A stretch of 64,000 nt of DNA from assembly GCA_964016885.1 (NCBI GenBank), contig OZ024742.1, forward strand, positions 253,518,001-253,582,000, written 5' to 3'. The position numbers and the translations under genes are program-made. The first letter of the stretch is position 1. Every line of letters begins with the position of its first letter. The notes beneath the pieces were generated by a model. It was given only the letters and a program-made list of their open reading frames with translations. It made no database searches and had not been told where the DNA came from. Positions 11,936 to 25,529 of this stretch are shown piece after piece. The DNA is from Eledone cirrhosa (taxonomy: Eukaryota).

Positions 11936-14759
11936 ATAAAACAGAACTTAGCTTTGTTCAGACCTAGGAAGAGATGTGATCCACTAGGTTTAACCCTTTT
12001 AGCACTAAGCTTTGCCAAACCAACTCTGGTTCTATGAAATAAATCCACTTATGTTAAAGGGTTGCTATTTAAATTAATATCACGAAACTTAATTTTACAT
12101 AAGACCCATTTTTAAAGTTAATATCTTAATAATGAAATAATTCATGACTTCATTAAATAACTCCAAATTCTTCATTAATTAATTGGAACAGAGGGCATTT
12201 CATTAGAAATATACCCATAGAGAGTATTTTCTAACACACACTCTGTTGTAGCATGGATATTTATTATTAAATATATATTATCTTTTGTGTGTTTGTCTCT
12301 ATTTATGTGAATGCATGTGTGCATGTATTTATGTCTCTACACTTGCGTGTACGTGTGTGTATGTGTGTGTGGGGGGGGGGGGTCTGTGTGTGTGTGTCTG
12401 TGTGTGTGTCTTAGTGAAAAAATGTGGCTTAGTGTTTATGGTGTTTAGGTTACCTCCATAACTTCGAATCCTAGCAATGCAATGTGTCCTTGAGCAAAGC
12501 AATCTATTTCATCTTGCTCCAGTCCATACACCAAGGAAATGAATTTGTTTTGTTCATTGATTACAATCTCTCTGTGGATGATTTATGTTACACTTGAGTT
12601 ACACATCTTCGTTGGATACATACAGGTTGTGACACTGCACCAAGTTAACCCTTTCATAGGATATATTATGCCCTGTCACATTGCACTGAGTGGTACCCCT
12701 TCACTGGATATAGTTAACATGTCAAATTGCACATCAAAGTTTGGTTGCAACTTCTGAATCAATGTAGAATCATCATCACTGTTTTATGTCCATTCTGCCA
12801 TGCTAGCATGGGTTAGACGAGTTGTCCTGTTGTGGGCAGTGCCCGGTCTGCTGACCATGTCTTGCTCATACGGGAACTGATTCTGGCTTGATTTCTACAG
12901 CTGGATGCCCTTCCTAACACCAACCTCATTTACAGTGAGTGCTGGGTGCTTTTTTTCCATGGTGCCTACACGTCAACTTTACAGTGTGGGCTGGATGCTT
13001 TTTTGCCGTGGCACCTCCACGACCACTTTGCACTGGAATGATAGGGAACCCAGTCCTATCATCTCATTTCTACAGCTGAGTAAACTAGAGCATGTGAAAT
13101 AAAGTATCTTGTTCAAGGAAACAACACATCACCTGGTCTGAGAATTGAACTCACAACCTTTCGATTGCAAGGCCAATGCTCTAACCACTAAGCCATGTGC
13201 CTCCATAGAATATTTTAGAAAAATTTTAGTCACCTGAAAACGGGTTATAACACTATATCCGAATCTTAAACCAGCAAAATTCTCCTAAATTTGCATGTAT
13301 TTTCTACTAACATGTCTTGTCCTATGATTACCCTTCAAGACACTAATAATTGTTGATCATTTGAATACAAGAGTAATATAATTTCCCAAGGTATTTATCA
13401 TTTAGCCTAGTATTCATAACACCTACAACCAGTGCTATCGGAGTTAGTACATTCATACATATTTGGTACTATTTGCCCTTAATTTGACTTTTCTGTATCT
13501 TTGGTACCATGTCCAGATTTTTGGGTATGGTTTAAAGATTGTATTTGCTTTGCGAATTTGGCATTATTTATATTCTAAAATCACCATTTAATGATTTACC
13601 ATTCATCAACTATAACGACTTTTACATCAAGAAGCTATCCATTAAATCTATTTACCCGCCAGATCTCACTTGACATCAATAACTCTTCTGTGTAGTATTT
13701 CAAATCAGAAGCCAACCATCTTCTATATTATCCTGGAGGCCAATAATAATGCACTATTTGCTCACAATCAATCAGTGGATGTTTTACGTGAATAGATTCT
13801 GCTGACAATACACTAGGACATCTAAATATAGCTAGATTAAGATGAATTCTTGGAAGACAATCATATCAGTTCAGTTTAAATGATTGAGTCATGGTGTGTA
13901 GTGTGCTTTGGTGGTGTCATATTTCAATATTGAACTGTTTTGATTTGTTGGGAAACATTTTGAACCCATCATGATTGAAAAAAAAGGGAATATAGAATAT
14001 CATTTATAGTGACAAAAATGACACTCCTCAAGGAAAAACTGAAATCCACTTTCTATGATAGAAAGGTTCTGCCAAAATTATTAAACAATGAGAAATTTTC
14101 ATCATGGCTGGAATTTAATAAAAAAGAACGCAAATAAAGGCTACAGTGAATTGTGCAATTGCAAGATATCTGGTAGCTGAAGTCAAATAGTAAGACATGG
14201 AGAGTCAGGAAAACACCAAAAGAATGTGAATGTAGTAAAATAATAATGCACTATTTGCTCACAATCGATCAGTGGAAGTTTTACTTGAATAGATTCGGCT
14301 GACATCCAAATATAGATAGATTAAGATGAAGACAATCGTATCAGCTCAGTTTAAAAAGTTGTGACACAGAATGCCGTGTGCTTCGGAGGTGTCATCTTTC
14401 AATATCTGAACTGTTTTGCTTTTTTGAGAAACATTTTGAACCCCCTCATGAATATAGAATATCATTCTCATAGTGACAAAAGTGACACTCCCCAGAAGAA
14501 AAAAACTGAAATCCATGTTCTATGAAAGAAACATTCCATCAAAATTATTAAACAATGGGTTGTAATTGAGTAAAAAGAATGCAACTAAAGGCTACTACTG
14601 TAAATTATTAAATTATGTAATTGTGAGATAGCTAGTAGTTGAAGTAAAATAGTAAGGCATGAAGAGACAGAAAAACACCAAAAGAATGTGTATGTAGCAA
14701 AAAAAACCAGTGAAGGTGACATATTTCATAAAGACTGCTTAATATTTTGCTCACTTAAC

Positions 14760-16924
14760 GAAAATAGCATCAGCTTAGCTGAAAGTGTGTGGATTTATTG
14801 CTGAGCACAACCTACTTATTGCTATTTTGAATCATTTGCCTGGCCTTATTGCTAATGTATGCTCAGATTTAAAAAAAAACCCAAAGATATCAAGTGTGCA
14901 AGAACTAAAGGAATTTGTGTTTATTCAATGATTAATTGTCTAAGCTAAATTCAGCAGAGTTCTCCCTTATTGTAAATGAAACAATGGACATTTCTGCCAA
15001 CAAGCAACTTGTTCTACTAATGAGATATTACAACCCAAGAGACGGCAAGTTTTTTATGCTTCTGGAAATTAAAAACTACATTGCACTTGGCATTTACATT
15101 TGACTACAATTATTTTTCATTAAAAACACTATCTCCCTTGGAAACTTAATTTGTAATGCCAGTGTTAAGATGGGACGTCAAGGAGGTATTCAACATGTGT
15201 TGAAGCAGAAAAATCTTTGTGTTTGCAATTCCTCACATCTGTGCACTTCTAAAGCCTGCAATGAACTACCAAAACCTTTTGAAAGAATTAGAAAGAAATA
15301 TTTTTTCATATGTGAACAACAGTCCAGAGCGCCAAGCTAAATACAAGGAATTTCAAAAAATTACAGATATCAGTCCTCACACAATCTTTCATATTAACAG
15401 CATGAGTTTGAAACAAGTTGTACAAAGAATTTTGGCACAGTGGTCAGCACTTTTGTCATATTTTACAATGGCAGTATTGGAAGATGGTATCCCCAACAAG
15501 ACTTCCAAAGTCTTAAGGAAATTACACAGCCCCATGGCAAAAATGTATTTTGCTGTTTTTTGCTTATATTTTACCAGACATTGATAAGCTCAGTTTGGAG
15601 TTCCAGGCAGAAACATTTAGTATTAATAAATTACTAAATTACATTAAGACAGAAATAAAAGCTATTCTTAGTAACTTCATCAAAAGAGAGTTATTGAAAC
15701 TGAATGATATCAGTAAAGTAAATGTGAATGAACCTTCTACATACCTTAAAATAGAGACATCTGTTATGGTGCCTAGGGTCGGATTTAGACCTTGGTGGGC
15801 CCGGGCCACTCCAGGTTTGTGTGGGTGGTGGGGATGGGGGGTCCCACATACTAAACAAAAATACAATAAACACCAAACCCCCAATTTTACATATCAAATC
15901 AACTGGTACAAGTAACTGGAATTAAAAAGTTATACGTACAGGTATTAAATTTAAAAAATCTAACCCTCCTCATTTTACGTCCATTTTCAACACTGGCATG
16001 TGTTGAACAGGATGGAGTCTGAGACCAGATATATCAGAGTGATCTCATCTTGCTTTCACATACATATCTGGCATAGTTTCTATGGCTGGATGTCCTTCCT
16101 AACATAACCACTTTAGAGTGTTTAATGGGTGCATTGTTTTTCGATATCAGCATAACCACTTTACACAGCAACATCAAATATTTTTATTAACATATTATTC
16201 TGATAACACCTTGTCTCTAAAGTTGAGAAAAATTGATGAATTTTGCCATAGTAATGATATTAAATACTTTTTGTTAAAAGTATAGTTCTTATTGTCAAAG
16301 GGATAAAACTAAAAAAGATCAGTAGAGGGAACACATAAATTGCTATGTCTGTCGCTGGTGGGGTCCTCTGCTGCAGACGGCTCAGGGCAATTTCCCCCTT
16401 TGCCCCCCAATTAAATGATATACTACTATCGAATGTATTTTGATTGAAAACTCTGCCACCATTTCCCAAAAGGAATATCAAGAATTTTTAGTAAAAATAT
16501 TAAGTTCTTATGTGTGCCTTTCAAAACAAATGATGCAATGCTTCTTATCCTGTGATACGTTTACAAATTTAGGGTTTCTACCCAACCAATATTATTGAAT
16601 GTAAACCAAATCTACCATTGACAATGAAATTTTCCAGCCTCATACATAAACAAATAAATAGAAAATGGAGAAAATTAATTCTGCAGGATGCATTTTTTAA
16701 TGCTCAAAATGGGCTTGAGAAATACTGGCTTCTTGTTTTTGAAGGAAAATGTGTTGACATATATTGCTACCCTAACGTTCATGATGCAACTTCTTTTATT
16801 GCCATATTCTTTAGCAGTGACAGAAAGAGTTTTTTCCTTTCTCAACAACATAAAAACAAAAAATTGCAGTTCTTTAAAAACATCCACATTTAATGCCCTA
16901 CTAAGATCAAAGTTTCTTCTGTAA
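14760..16924 (+). pseudogene. hAT transposase pseudogene
   Basis: FIAEHNL, NIFSYVNNSPERQAKYKEFQ, VVQRILAQWSALLSYF, and dimerisation motif LPYSLAVTERVFSFLNNIKTKNCSSL. Confidence 0.85.
15775..16425. mobile_element. MITE-like insertion within the transposase, itself containing a SINE tail
   Basis: AGGGTCGGATTT..GGGCCCGGG left end and GGGCAATTTCCCCC..CCCCCC right end interrupt the coding frame. Confidence 0.45.
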
Positions 16925-17659
16925 AATTTTGACTGCACTACATGGTATCTACATCAGCAACTTTGTTTCAAACTGCAAGAAAGAAACCGGTATAGCAAGA
17001 AAAGTCTGGAAGAAATATATAAAGTAAATGTAAGATATTTTCTTTTTTTTTGACATTTGTTGGATTTCATATTGATGTAATTGGATTTGATACATTTTTG
17101 ATTATTTTGGTACCTTTTAAACAAAGTTTTTGATACAATTGAGAAAAGATTTTGGCAACCCTGCTTGCAACCCCTTACAAACAAAAACACAAAAAATACA
17201 TACACCCACATTAAATTATTTTCGTTGTAATCAGTGTCAGATTATTTGTGCGTAATATTTTTATGTTAATTTTCTTCTTCGTCCACTTATTCCTGAGAGA
17301 GTCATGGGGCAGAGCCCTCAAACACTCCTTTCAGCAGGTCCTGCCAGAAGCAACTGTCTCCAAATCGGTATGGCTGGATCCCAAGTGAAATCAGCTGAGC
17401 TCATGGATGTTATCCAACCATCTTGTTCGGGGTCTACCTTTAGGTCTCCTGCTAGCTGGTTTTACCTGTAAAATCTGTCCAGCGATTCTTTCCTGAGACA
17501 TTCTAACCACATGTCCCTAATATCAGAGCTGTGATATCTCAATTATATAGTGTAAATTAAGTAGATTTTTATTTATACACAGTTTTCCTTGATTCGTATT
17601 TAATAGACTGTGTTTTTGGTTTTCTCATTTATCTCTCATGCATTTGCATGACAGGTTTA

Positions 17660-18690
17660 ACATATATGCATCTGTGTGGGTATATGTATGCATGCGTATG
17701 TGTGAGCACATGTGTGTGTGTGTGTGTGTGTACATATATATGTGCATGTGTGTGTGATTATGTGTGTATGTGCATGAGTGTAGGTATATGAGCATAAGTC
17801 AGTGTATCTATGTGTACATGCATGTGAGTGTGTGTGTGTGTTTATGTGTAAATGCATGTATAAATATATGTATATGCATTTGTGCATGTGTATGTGTATG
17901 CGTGCGTATGTGTGCATGTATGTGTATATGTGTGTGTGCATGTATATGTATGTATGCATATGTATGTGTGTATGTATGAGTGTATGTTTGTATGTGTGTG
18001 TATGTATGTATGGATGTGTGCATATATGTGAGCATCTGTGTATGCATGTGTGTGTATGTATGTATGGATGTGTGCATCTGTGTATGTATGTGTGTATGTA
18101 TGTGTGTATGTGCGTATTGTGTGAATGTGTGCATATGTATGTGTATTTGTTTACGTAGGTATTTGTTTGTATATGTGTGTATGTATGTGTATGTTTGTGT
18201 GTCTGTGTATGTATGTGTGTATGTGTATATATGCATATATGTATGTGTGTGTGTGCATGTATGTGTACATATATGTTGTGTTTATGTGTGTGTGCATGGT
18301 TGTATGGATGTGTATGTGTATATGTATATGTGTGCTTCTCTCTCTCTCTATATATATATATGTGTGTGTGTGTGTATGTTTCTGTGTGTGTGTATGTTTC
18401 TGTGTGTGTGTATGTGTGTATATGTATATATGCATGTGTGTGTGCATATATGTGTGTGAATGTGTTTGTGTGCATGTTTGTATGGATGTGTGTGTGTGTG
18501 TATATATGTATACGTATCTGTTTATGTGTGTATGCATGTATATGTATGTTTGTATGTGTGACCCCCTCTCTCTATATATATGTGTGTGTATGTGTGTGTG
18601 TGTGTATGTATGCACGTATGTATGTACGTAAGTGTATGTTTGTATGTGTGCCTCTCTCTATATATATATATGTGTATATGTGTGTTTATG
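17660..18690. repeat. Compound (TG)/(TA)/(TATG) microsatellite
   Basis: Low-complexity tract producing spurious H/T/Y and C/V/M ORFs. Confidence 0.95.
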
Positions 18691-19419
18691 TAATAACAAC
18701 AAGAAATGTAGCTGCTTGTTCAGGAAATACAACAAAGAAAGGTGGGAACTAAACAATAGTGTGACAATATATTCCAAACAGTTATTGTCGACAATGCTGT
18801 TTCCTGAGGAAATATCGTGTCAAACAATTGCACACTAACTAATATTCCATATGATTCTTTGTACTGCGTGCATGACTTTACACTACATTTTACAAAACAT
18901 ACTTCCTACTGTATTACTAGTTTACTCTTTTACTTCTTCCTGCCGACTGGCTGAGGCCATGCTGCCACATCGCCATAGTCGGTACACTTTCTATAGTCTT
19001 TGGTTGGCCATTGATGTAAGATGGAGTTCGTTGCTGCTGACTTTATTTGTACTTCATCTTCGTCTCATGTTGTGGGTTCATCTGTGATCTTGGATAGCAG
19101 AATGTTGAGATGTTTCTTGAAAGCATCTACATCCATACCATGTAGATCTATTAAGTGTTTTTCGTAGCTTTTTAAAGACCTGGGAGCATATTCTTGACAA
19201 TTTTCGTCAATGATGTTTACTATATGTTGCAAGAACGGTTCAGATGTTGTTTCTGTTCATATCTATGCATATTTAGCTGATGTTTTATGAGGCAGCATTT
19301 AATAGGAACTTTCTCTGGTGTTTTAATGATCTGTCCATTAATAGTCAAGATACTTATATCCATTTGTATTAAGAAACGTGTTTTTATATATTTTCTGGTC
19401 AATCACTGCAGGATATGAA

Positions 19420-19900
19420 GAGTCAATTAACAATTACAAATAAGCAATGCTATATTTACCGTAATTGATTGCATCACATTAAATATTAGTCTGTACTGTA
19501 ATACTGTACATTTTCACAACAATCTGTCCACTAGTAAAGATTCTATAAGTATTTGAATTAACAAACCTCATTGAAACACATTAGCAAGATATTCTTGAAC
19601 TGTACGAAAGAACACTGTGATTGCATCACGTTAAATATTAAAACCTTTACTCTTATACTGCACCTTTTCACAACTATCTGACCACTAATAAAATTCTATA
19701 AGTATTCGAATTAACCAACCCCATGCAACAGCATTAACAAGATATTTTTTAAACTGTACAAAAAAGCACTATGACTGCATTACATTAAATACTGAAGTCT
19801 TTACTCTAATTCTGCAAATTTTCCTGATGATCTGTCCACTAATAAAGATACTATAAATATTTGAATTAAGAAACAGATTTTTAGATGTTTTCTGTCAAAT
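19420..19900. repeat. Degenerate ~120-bp tandem repeat (about 4 units)
   Basis: Recurrent ATCTGTCCACTAATAAAGATTCTATAAGTATTTGAATTAA and GATTGCATCACATTAAATATT. Confidence 0.8.
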
Positions 19901-20375
19901 TATTACAGGATGTTAAGAGTTAATTCGAAATACAGTCTAACGAGGGTGACTAACTCGTTTGAACTTCAAAGGAGAAAAACTAGACATAAATTTCTAAATA
20001 TCAGAAAAAAATCACTTTAACACCTGGTACGAAGAGAATATTGATTAACCTCCCCCAGATTCCAAAAGAAAATGGAAAATAAATGATCATAAGAAATATA
20101 AAACGAGAGACTTCACTCATTAAGAAATGTGCCTTCTATCCATAAAGGTATCTCGGAATGTTCACACGTGGGAAAAATGTCAATTAAAACTGAAAGAAAA
20201 ATTCTGATCAAATCATTCATTCATATATTTTCCCTTTTATCCTTCAGTCTCATTATCCTTTCAGTTTCTCTTTATCACACACACACACACAGAAGATGTT
20301 CATAGATACATATACGGATTTAATTCAATATATCATATGTCTCTCTCTCTCTTTTTCCATATATATAAATATATA

Positions 20376-20484
20376 TAGAATAGAATGAAACGAAATTTCA
20401 TTTCTCACTCTTAGTACGGCGCTTACTTAAATGTAAGTATGTATGTATACGTACATACATATATGTATACAAACGTACAGTAGC

Positions 20485-20545
<61 letters not shown>

Positions 20546-21000
20546 CAGGCACACATATATATATATATATATACATACAGGCACACATATATATATGCAC
20601 GTATCAGTTTACCGAACATTTATTATAATGATTTTATTATAAACATTTATTAGCCTGATTTACGCCGTACAGTGTTTAGGCAACCACGTCACCTTTTTGT
20701 TCAACACTGACACAGGAACGATGTACTAGTTTCAAGCTTGTTAGCTATCGTCAGCACCGTATACCTTTCTGCCAGATGGTTGAACGTCCGAAAGTATATA
20801 CTTACCTTATGAAAATTAACGGCTGAGCAGCCTAATTTGCATATCGAGTGAGTTCAGTCGGCCAGCCGCATCGAAAACGATAAATAGAATAGAATGAAAT
20901 GAAATTTCATTTCTCACTCTTAGTACGGCACTTACTTAAATGTAAGTATGTATGTATACGTACATACATATATGTATACAGACGTACAGTAGCATGTATA
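20376..21000 (-). mobile_element. Retrozyme-like HHR tandem unit (family A), about 1.2 units
   Basis: Period about 509 bp (GAAATTTCATTTCTCAC at 20392 and 20901); non-coding; contains an HHR. Confidence 0.8.
20718..20760 (-). ncRNA. Type I hammerhead ribozyme (family A)
   Basis: ACGGUG-CUGACGA-UAGCU AACA AGCUU-GAAA-CUAG-UA-CAUCGU. Confidence 0.9.
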
Positions 21001-21096
21001 TATATATATATTCGTTTGTTTACAAACGAACAAAGCGAACATTATGATAAATGTTCGGTAAACTGATACGTGCATATATATGTGTGTGCCTGTATG

Positions 21097-21163
<67 letters not shown>

Positions 21164-21395
21164 GCTACTGTAGTCTGTATACATATATGTATGTACGTAT
21201 ACATACATACTTACATTTAAGTAAGTGCCGTACTAAGAGTGAGAAATGAAATTTCGTTTCATTCTATTCCATTTATCGTTTTCGGTGCGCCTGGCCGACT
21301 GAACTCACTCGATATGCAAATTAGGCTGCTCAGCCGTTAATTTTCATAAGGAAAGTATATACTTTCGGACGTTCAACCATCTGGCAGAAAGGTAT

Positions 21396-21438
21396 ACGGT
21401 GCTGACGATAGCTAACAAGCTTGAAACTAGTACATCGT
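21396..21438 (+). ncRNA. Type I hammerhead ribozyme (family A)
   Basis: Stem I ACGGUG/CAUCGU, core CUGACGA, stem II AGCU/AGCU, GAAA, palindromic ACUAGU, predicted cleavage after GUA at 21432. Confidence 0.92.
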
Positions 21439-21568
21439 TCTTGTGTCAGTGTTGAACAAAAAGGTGACGTGGTTGCCTAAACACTGTACGGCGTAAATCA
21501 GGCTGTTCGTTTGTTTACAAACGAACAAAGCGAACATTATAATAAACGTTCGGTAAACTGATACGTGC

Positions 21569-21599
<31 letters not shown>

Positions 21600-21600
21600 C

Positions 21601-21650
<50 letters not shown>

Positions 21651-21797
21651 CTTAAAATACTGGAGCGTGTTGGAGATAAACACCCTCTTCGTATTATAGA
21701 AATGACAGTAAAAGGTATAGCTCAATGTAATTAAACAGAGCCGAAGAATTATGAAAATAAAACAGAGAAGCCTTCAATACATCAAAAGTCTTTATTA

Positions 21798-21835
21798 GCC
21801 AACAATATTTCGTCCTATTAAGGACTCATCAGGGC
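21798..21835 (-). ncRNA. Type I hammerhead ribozyme (family B)
   Basis: GCC-CUGAUGA-GUCCU UAAU AGGAC-GAAA-UAUUG-UU-GGC. Confidence 0.88.
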
Positions 21836-23821
21836 AATCAAAACTACAAGAAGCACTATCGGCCAATACAACCCGAAAACTCCGAAGAATATGGAGTGTA
21901 CATACACTAAAGTATTGGAAGATTATGGGTAAAAATATATAATAAAAATCACTAAAGAGGTGGATAACATTTTGAACCATATTACAAATATAGTCCAAAG
22001 CAAAACACTAGAGCTAAACAAAGGTGGTTATATAGAGCGGGAATTATAGTACTATATGTAATACAATATAATATAATATAATATACTTGTAACAATATTA
22101 AAATTAAAATTAAAAGCACAATATACATATGTATATATATACACACACGTACGCACATATACATATACATCAATACACATTTCCATCATTAACAGCACAA
22201 ATTAAACCTTATTAAGAGTTTAAATATAAATAAGCATAATAGGAATAAAAATAAAAATAATATGTATATCTAATATACAGTATAACATGAAGTAATGAAA
22301 TGATTAAAAGTAACACATATAATATATAATAAACTATATAATTATATAATATATAATATAATATAATAGATAATCTCCGGTTAATTTACACAAACAATAT
22401 AGATGTGACAATAACACTATAATAATAATATAATAATATATAATATATAATGGCATGTAAGTTAACAAATCAATTCATATAGAGTTACAGAGCAGGTGAG
22501 AAAAAAAAATATAAATTGTACAATACCCAAAATTATGATGGTACAAAAATATAAATATCTTACAGGATATATAAAATTTACCATATCATAATAGTACATA
22601 AAATCATCAGTAAGTAATAAGGATCAATAGTACATTTACAAAGAGTTGAATAACAACTTCAATATAAAATAATGAACATAATATAATATATAATTACTTA
22701 TATTTACAAGGTTGGTAAACAGACACATATGTGAATGAGTGAATAAGAGCCAGACAGAAAATACTATGCACAGTAGTTTTAATAAATAAATAAATAAAAT
22801 CGACCGGAAATCAAAAAACAAAAACAAAAGTATTTACTTAGGTCTCACATGCAGTTAAGTAAAAACTTATGAAACAACCCCGATAAATGACTAGAAAACC
22901 CTATTTGATAAATTAATATTGAAAATATTTAAAATACTTAATAAGGCAATACAATATTAGCTATGGTTTAAGTAATCAAAATCCCTAAACATTAATATAT
23001 CACTATAAATATATATAGAAAGGAATGAAATATTCTACTATCATTTACATAACGATATCATAATTAAGGGTAAATTTTATATATCCTGTAAGATATTTAT
23101 ATTTTTGTACCATCATAATTTTGGGTATTGTACAATTTATATTTTTTTTCTCACCTGCTCTGTAACTCTATATGAATTGATTTGTTAACTTACATGCCAT
23201 TATATATTATATATTATTATATTATTATTATAGTGTTATTGTGACATCTATATTGTTTGTGTAAATTAACCGGAGATTATCTATTATATTATATTATATA
23301 TTATATAATTATATAGTTTATTATATATTATATGTGTTACTTTTAATCATTTCATTACTTCATGTTATACTGTATATTAGATATACATATTATTTTTATT
23401 TTTATTCCTATTATGCTTATTTATATTTAAACTCTTAATAAGGTTTAATTTGTGCTGTTAATGATGGAAATGTGTATTGATGTATATGTATATGTGCGTA
23501 CGTATGTGTATATATATACATATGTATATTGTGCCTTTTAATTTTAATTTTAATTTTAATATTGTTACAATTATATTATATTATATTATATTGTATTACA
23601 TATAGTACTATAATTCCCGCTCTATATAACCACCTTTGTTTAGCTCTAGTGTTTTGCTTTGGACTATATTTGTAATATGGTTCAAAATGTTATCCACCTC
23701 CTTAGTGATTTTTATTATATATTTTTACCCATAATCTTCCAATACTTTAGTGTATGTACACTCCATATTCTTCGGAGTTTTCGGCTTGTATTGGCCGATA
23801 GTGCTTCTTGTAGTTTTGATT

Positions 23822-23859
23822 GCCCTGATGAGTCCTTAATAGGACGAAACATTGTTGGC
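23822..23859 (+). ncRNA. Type I hammerhead ribozyme (family B)
   Basis: GCC-CUGAUGA-GUCCU UAAU AGGAC-GAAA-CAUUG-UU-GGC; stem I extendable via AGUUUUGAUU/AAUAAAGACU. Confidence 0.9.
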
Positions 23860-23904
23860 TAATAAAGACTTTTGATGTATTGAAGGCTTCTTTGTTTTAT
23901 TTTC

Positions 23905-23965
<61 letters not shown>

Positions 23966-24197
23966 GCTACTGTACGTCTGTATACATATATGTATGTACA
24001 TATACATACATACTTACATTTAAGTAAGTGCCGTACTAAGAGTGAGAAATGAAATTTCGTTTCATTCTATTCCATTTATCGTTTTCGGTGCGCCTGGCTG
24101 ACTGAACTCACTCGATATGCAAATCAGGCTGCTCAGCCGTTAATTTTCATAAGGAAATATATACTTTCGGACGTTCAACCATCTGGCAGAAAGGTAT

Positions 24198-24240
24198 ACG
24201 GTGCTGACGATAGCTAACAAGCTTGAAACTAGTACATCGT
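24198..24240 (+). ncRNA. Type I hammerhead ribozyme (family A)
   Basis: Identical to 21396-21438. Confidence 0.92.
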
Positions 24241-24393
24241 TCCTGTGTCAGTGTTGAACAAAAAGGTGACGTGGTTGCCTAAACACTGTACGGCGTAAAT
24301 CAGGCTGTTCGTTTGTTTACAAACGAACAAAGCGAACATTATAATAAATGTTCGGTAACCTGATACGTGCATATATATATATATGTGTGCCTG

Positions 24394-24434
<41 letters not shown>

Positions 24435-24594
24435 GCTACTGTACGTCTGTATACATATATGTATGTACGTATACATACATACTTAAATATATATAAATAT
24501 ATATATATAAATATATATAAATATATATAAATATATATAAATATTTATAAATATATATATATATATAAACAGATATAAATATATATAAATATAA

Positions 24595-25472
24595 ATGGAA
24601 TAGAATGAAACGAAATTTCATTTCTCACTCTTAGTACGGCACTTACTTAAATGTAAGTATGTATGTATACGTACATACATATATGTATACAGACGTAGAG
24701 TAGTATGTATATATATACATACATGCACACATATATATATATGCACGTATCGGTTTACCGAACATTTATTATAATGCTCGGTTTGTTTGTTTGTAAACAA
24801 ACAAACAGCCCGAATCACGCCGTACAGTGTTTAGGCAACCACGTCACCTTTTTGTTCAACACTGACACAGGAATGATGTACTAGTTTCAAGCTTATTAGC
24901 TATCGTCAGCATCGTATACCTTCCTGCCAGATGGTTGAACGTCTGAAAGCATATACTTTCCTTATGTATATTAATGGCTGAGCAGCCTAATTTGCATATC
25001 GAGTGAGTTCAGTCGGCCGGGCACACCGAAAACGACAAATGGAATAGAATGAAACGAAATTCCATTTCTCACTCTTAGTACGGCATTTACTTAAATGTAA
25101 GTATGTATGTATGTATAGGTACATACATATATGTATACAGACGTACAGTAGTATGTATATATATACATACATGCACACATATATATATGCACGTATCGGT
25201 TTACCGAACATTTATTATAATTGTTTCTACTTTTGGCACAAGGCCAGCAATTACCCAGTGCATTACTGGTACTTTATTTTATCGACCCCGTAAGGATGAA
25301 AGGCAAAGTCAACCTCGGCGGGATTTGAACTCAGATCGTTAAGGGACGTAACTATGCTGGCCCTACCGATACTGCCAATCCACCGAACATTTATTATAAT
25401 GCTCGGTTTGTTTGTTTGTAAACAAACAAGTTTTCGGTGTGCCCGGCTGACTGAACTCACTCGATATGCAAA
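24595..25472 (-). mobile_element. Family A retrozyme-like array, more diverged, interrupted by a SINE at ~25220-25383
   Basis: Same unit in reverse orientation with several substitutions. Confidence 0.8.
24873..24915 (-). ncRNA. Type I hammerhead ribozyme (family A variant)
   Basis: ACGAUG-CUGACGA-UAGCU AAUA AGCUU-GAAA-CUAG-UA-CAUCAU; core unchanged. Confidence 0.88.
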
Positions 25473-25529
25473 TTACTTTTTGAAAATAAATATAAAAACA
25501 AAAGACACACAACTCCAGGGTCTTCAGCT

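Larger units (their letters stand above)
13430..17163 (+). mobile_element. Decayed hAT-superfamily DNA transposon
   Basis: Right end TGGCAACCCTG, left end CAGTGCTATC, subterminal TTTGGTAC repeats, aged 8-bp TSD CCTACAAC/CTTGCAAC; internal duplication ~13743-14235 vs ~14240-14700. Confidence 0.7.
21648..23909 (-). mobile_element. Non-coding PLE-type pLTR element with inverted arm (family B)
   Basis: Near-identical inverted arms 21748-22582 and 23069-23909, each carrying an HHR; flanked by (TA)n. Confidence 0.75.
21011..24490 (+). mobile_element. Family A retrozyme-like tandem array (more than 2 units), split by the insertion at 21648-23909
   Basis: Period about 495 bp (TTCGTTTGTTTAC at 21011 and 21506); the unit resumes at ~23960 after (TA)n. 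Confidence 0.8.

Noticed and set aside
17657-18752. Long ORFs of 150-270 aa
   Set aside because: Translations of TG/TA microsatellite; the same applies to similar ORFs near 7.1, 27.3, 39.6 and 59.4 kb
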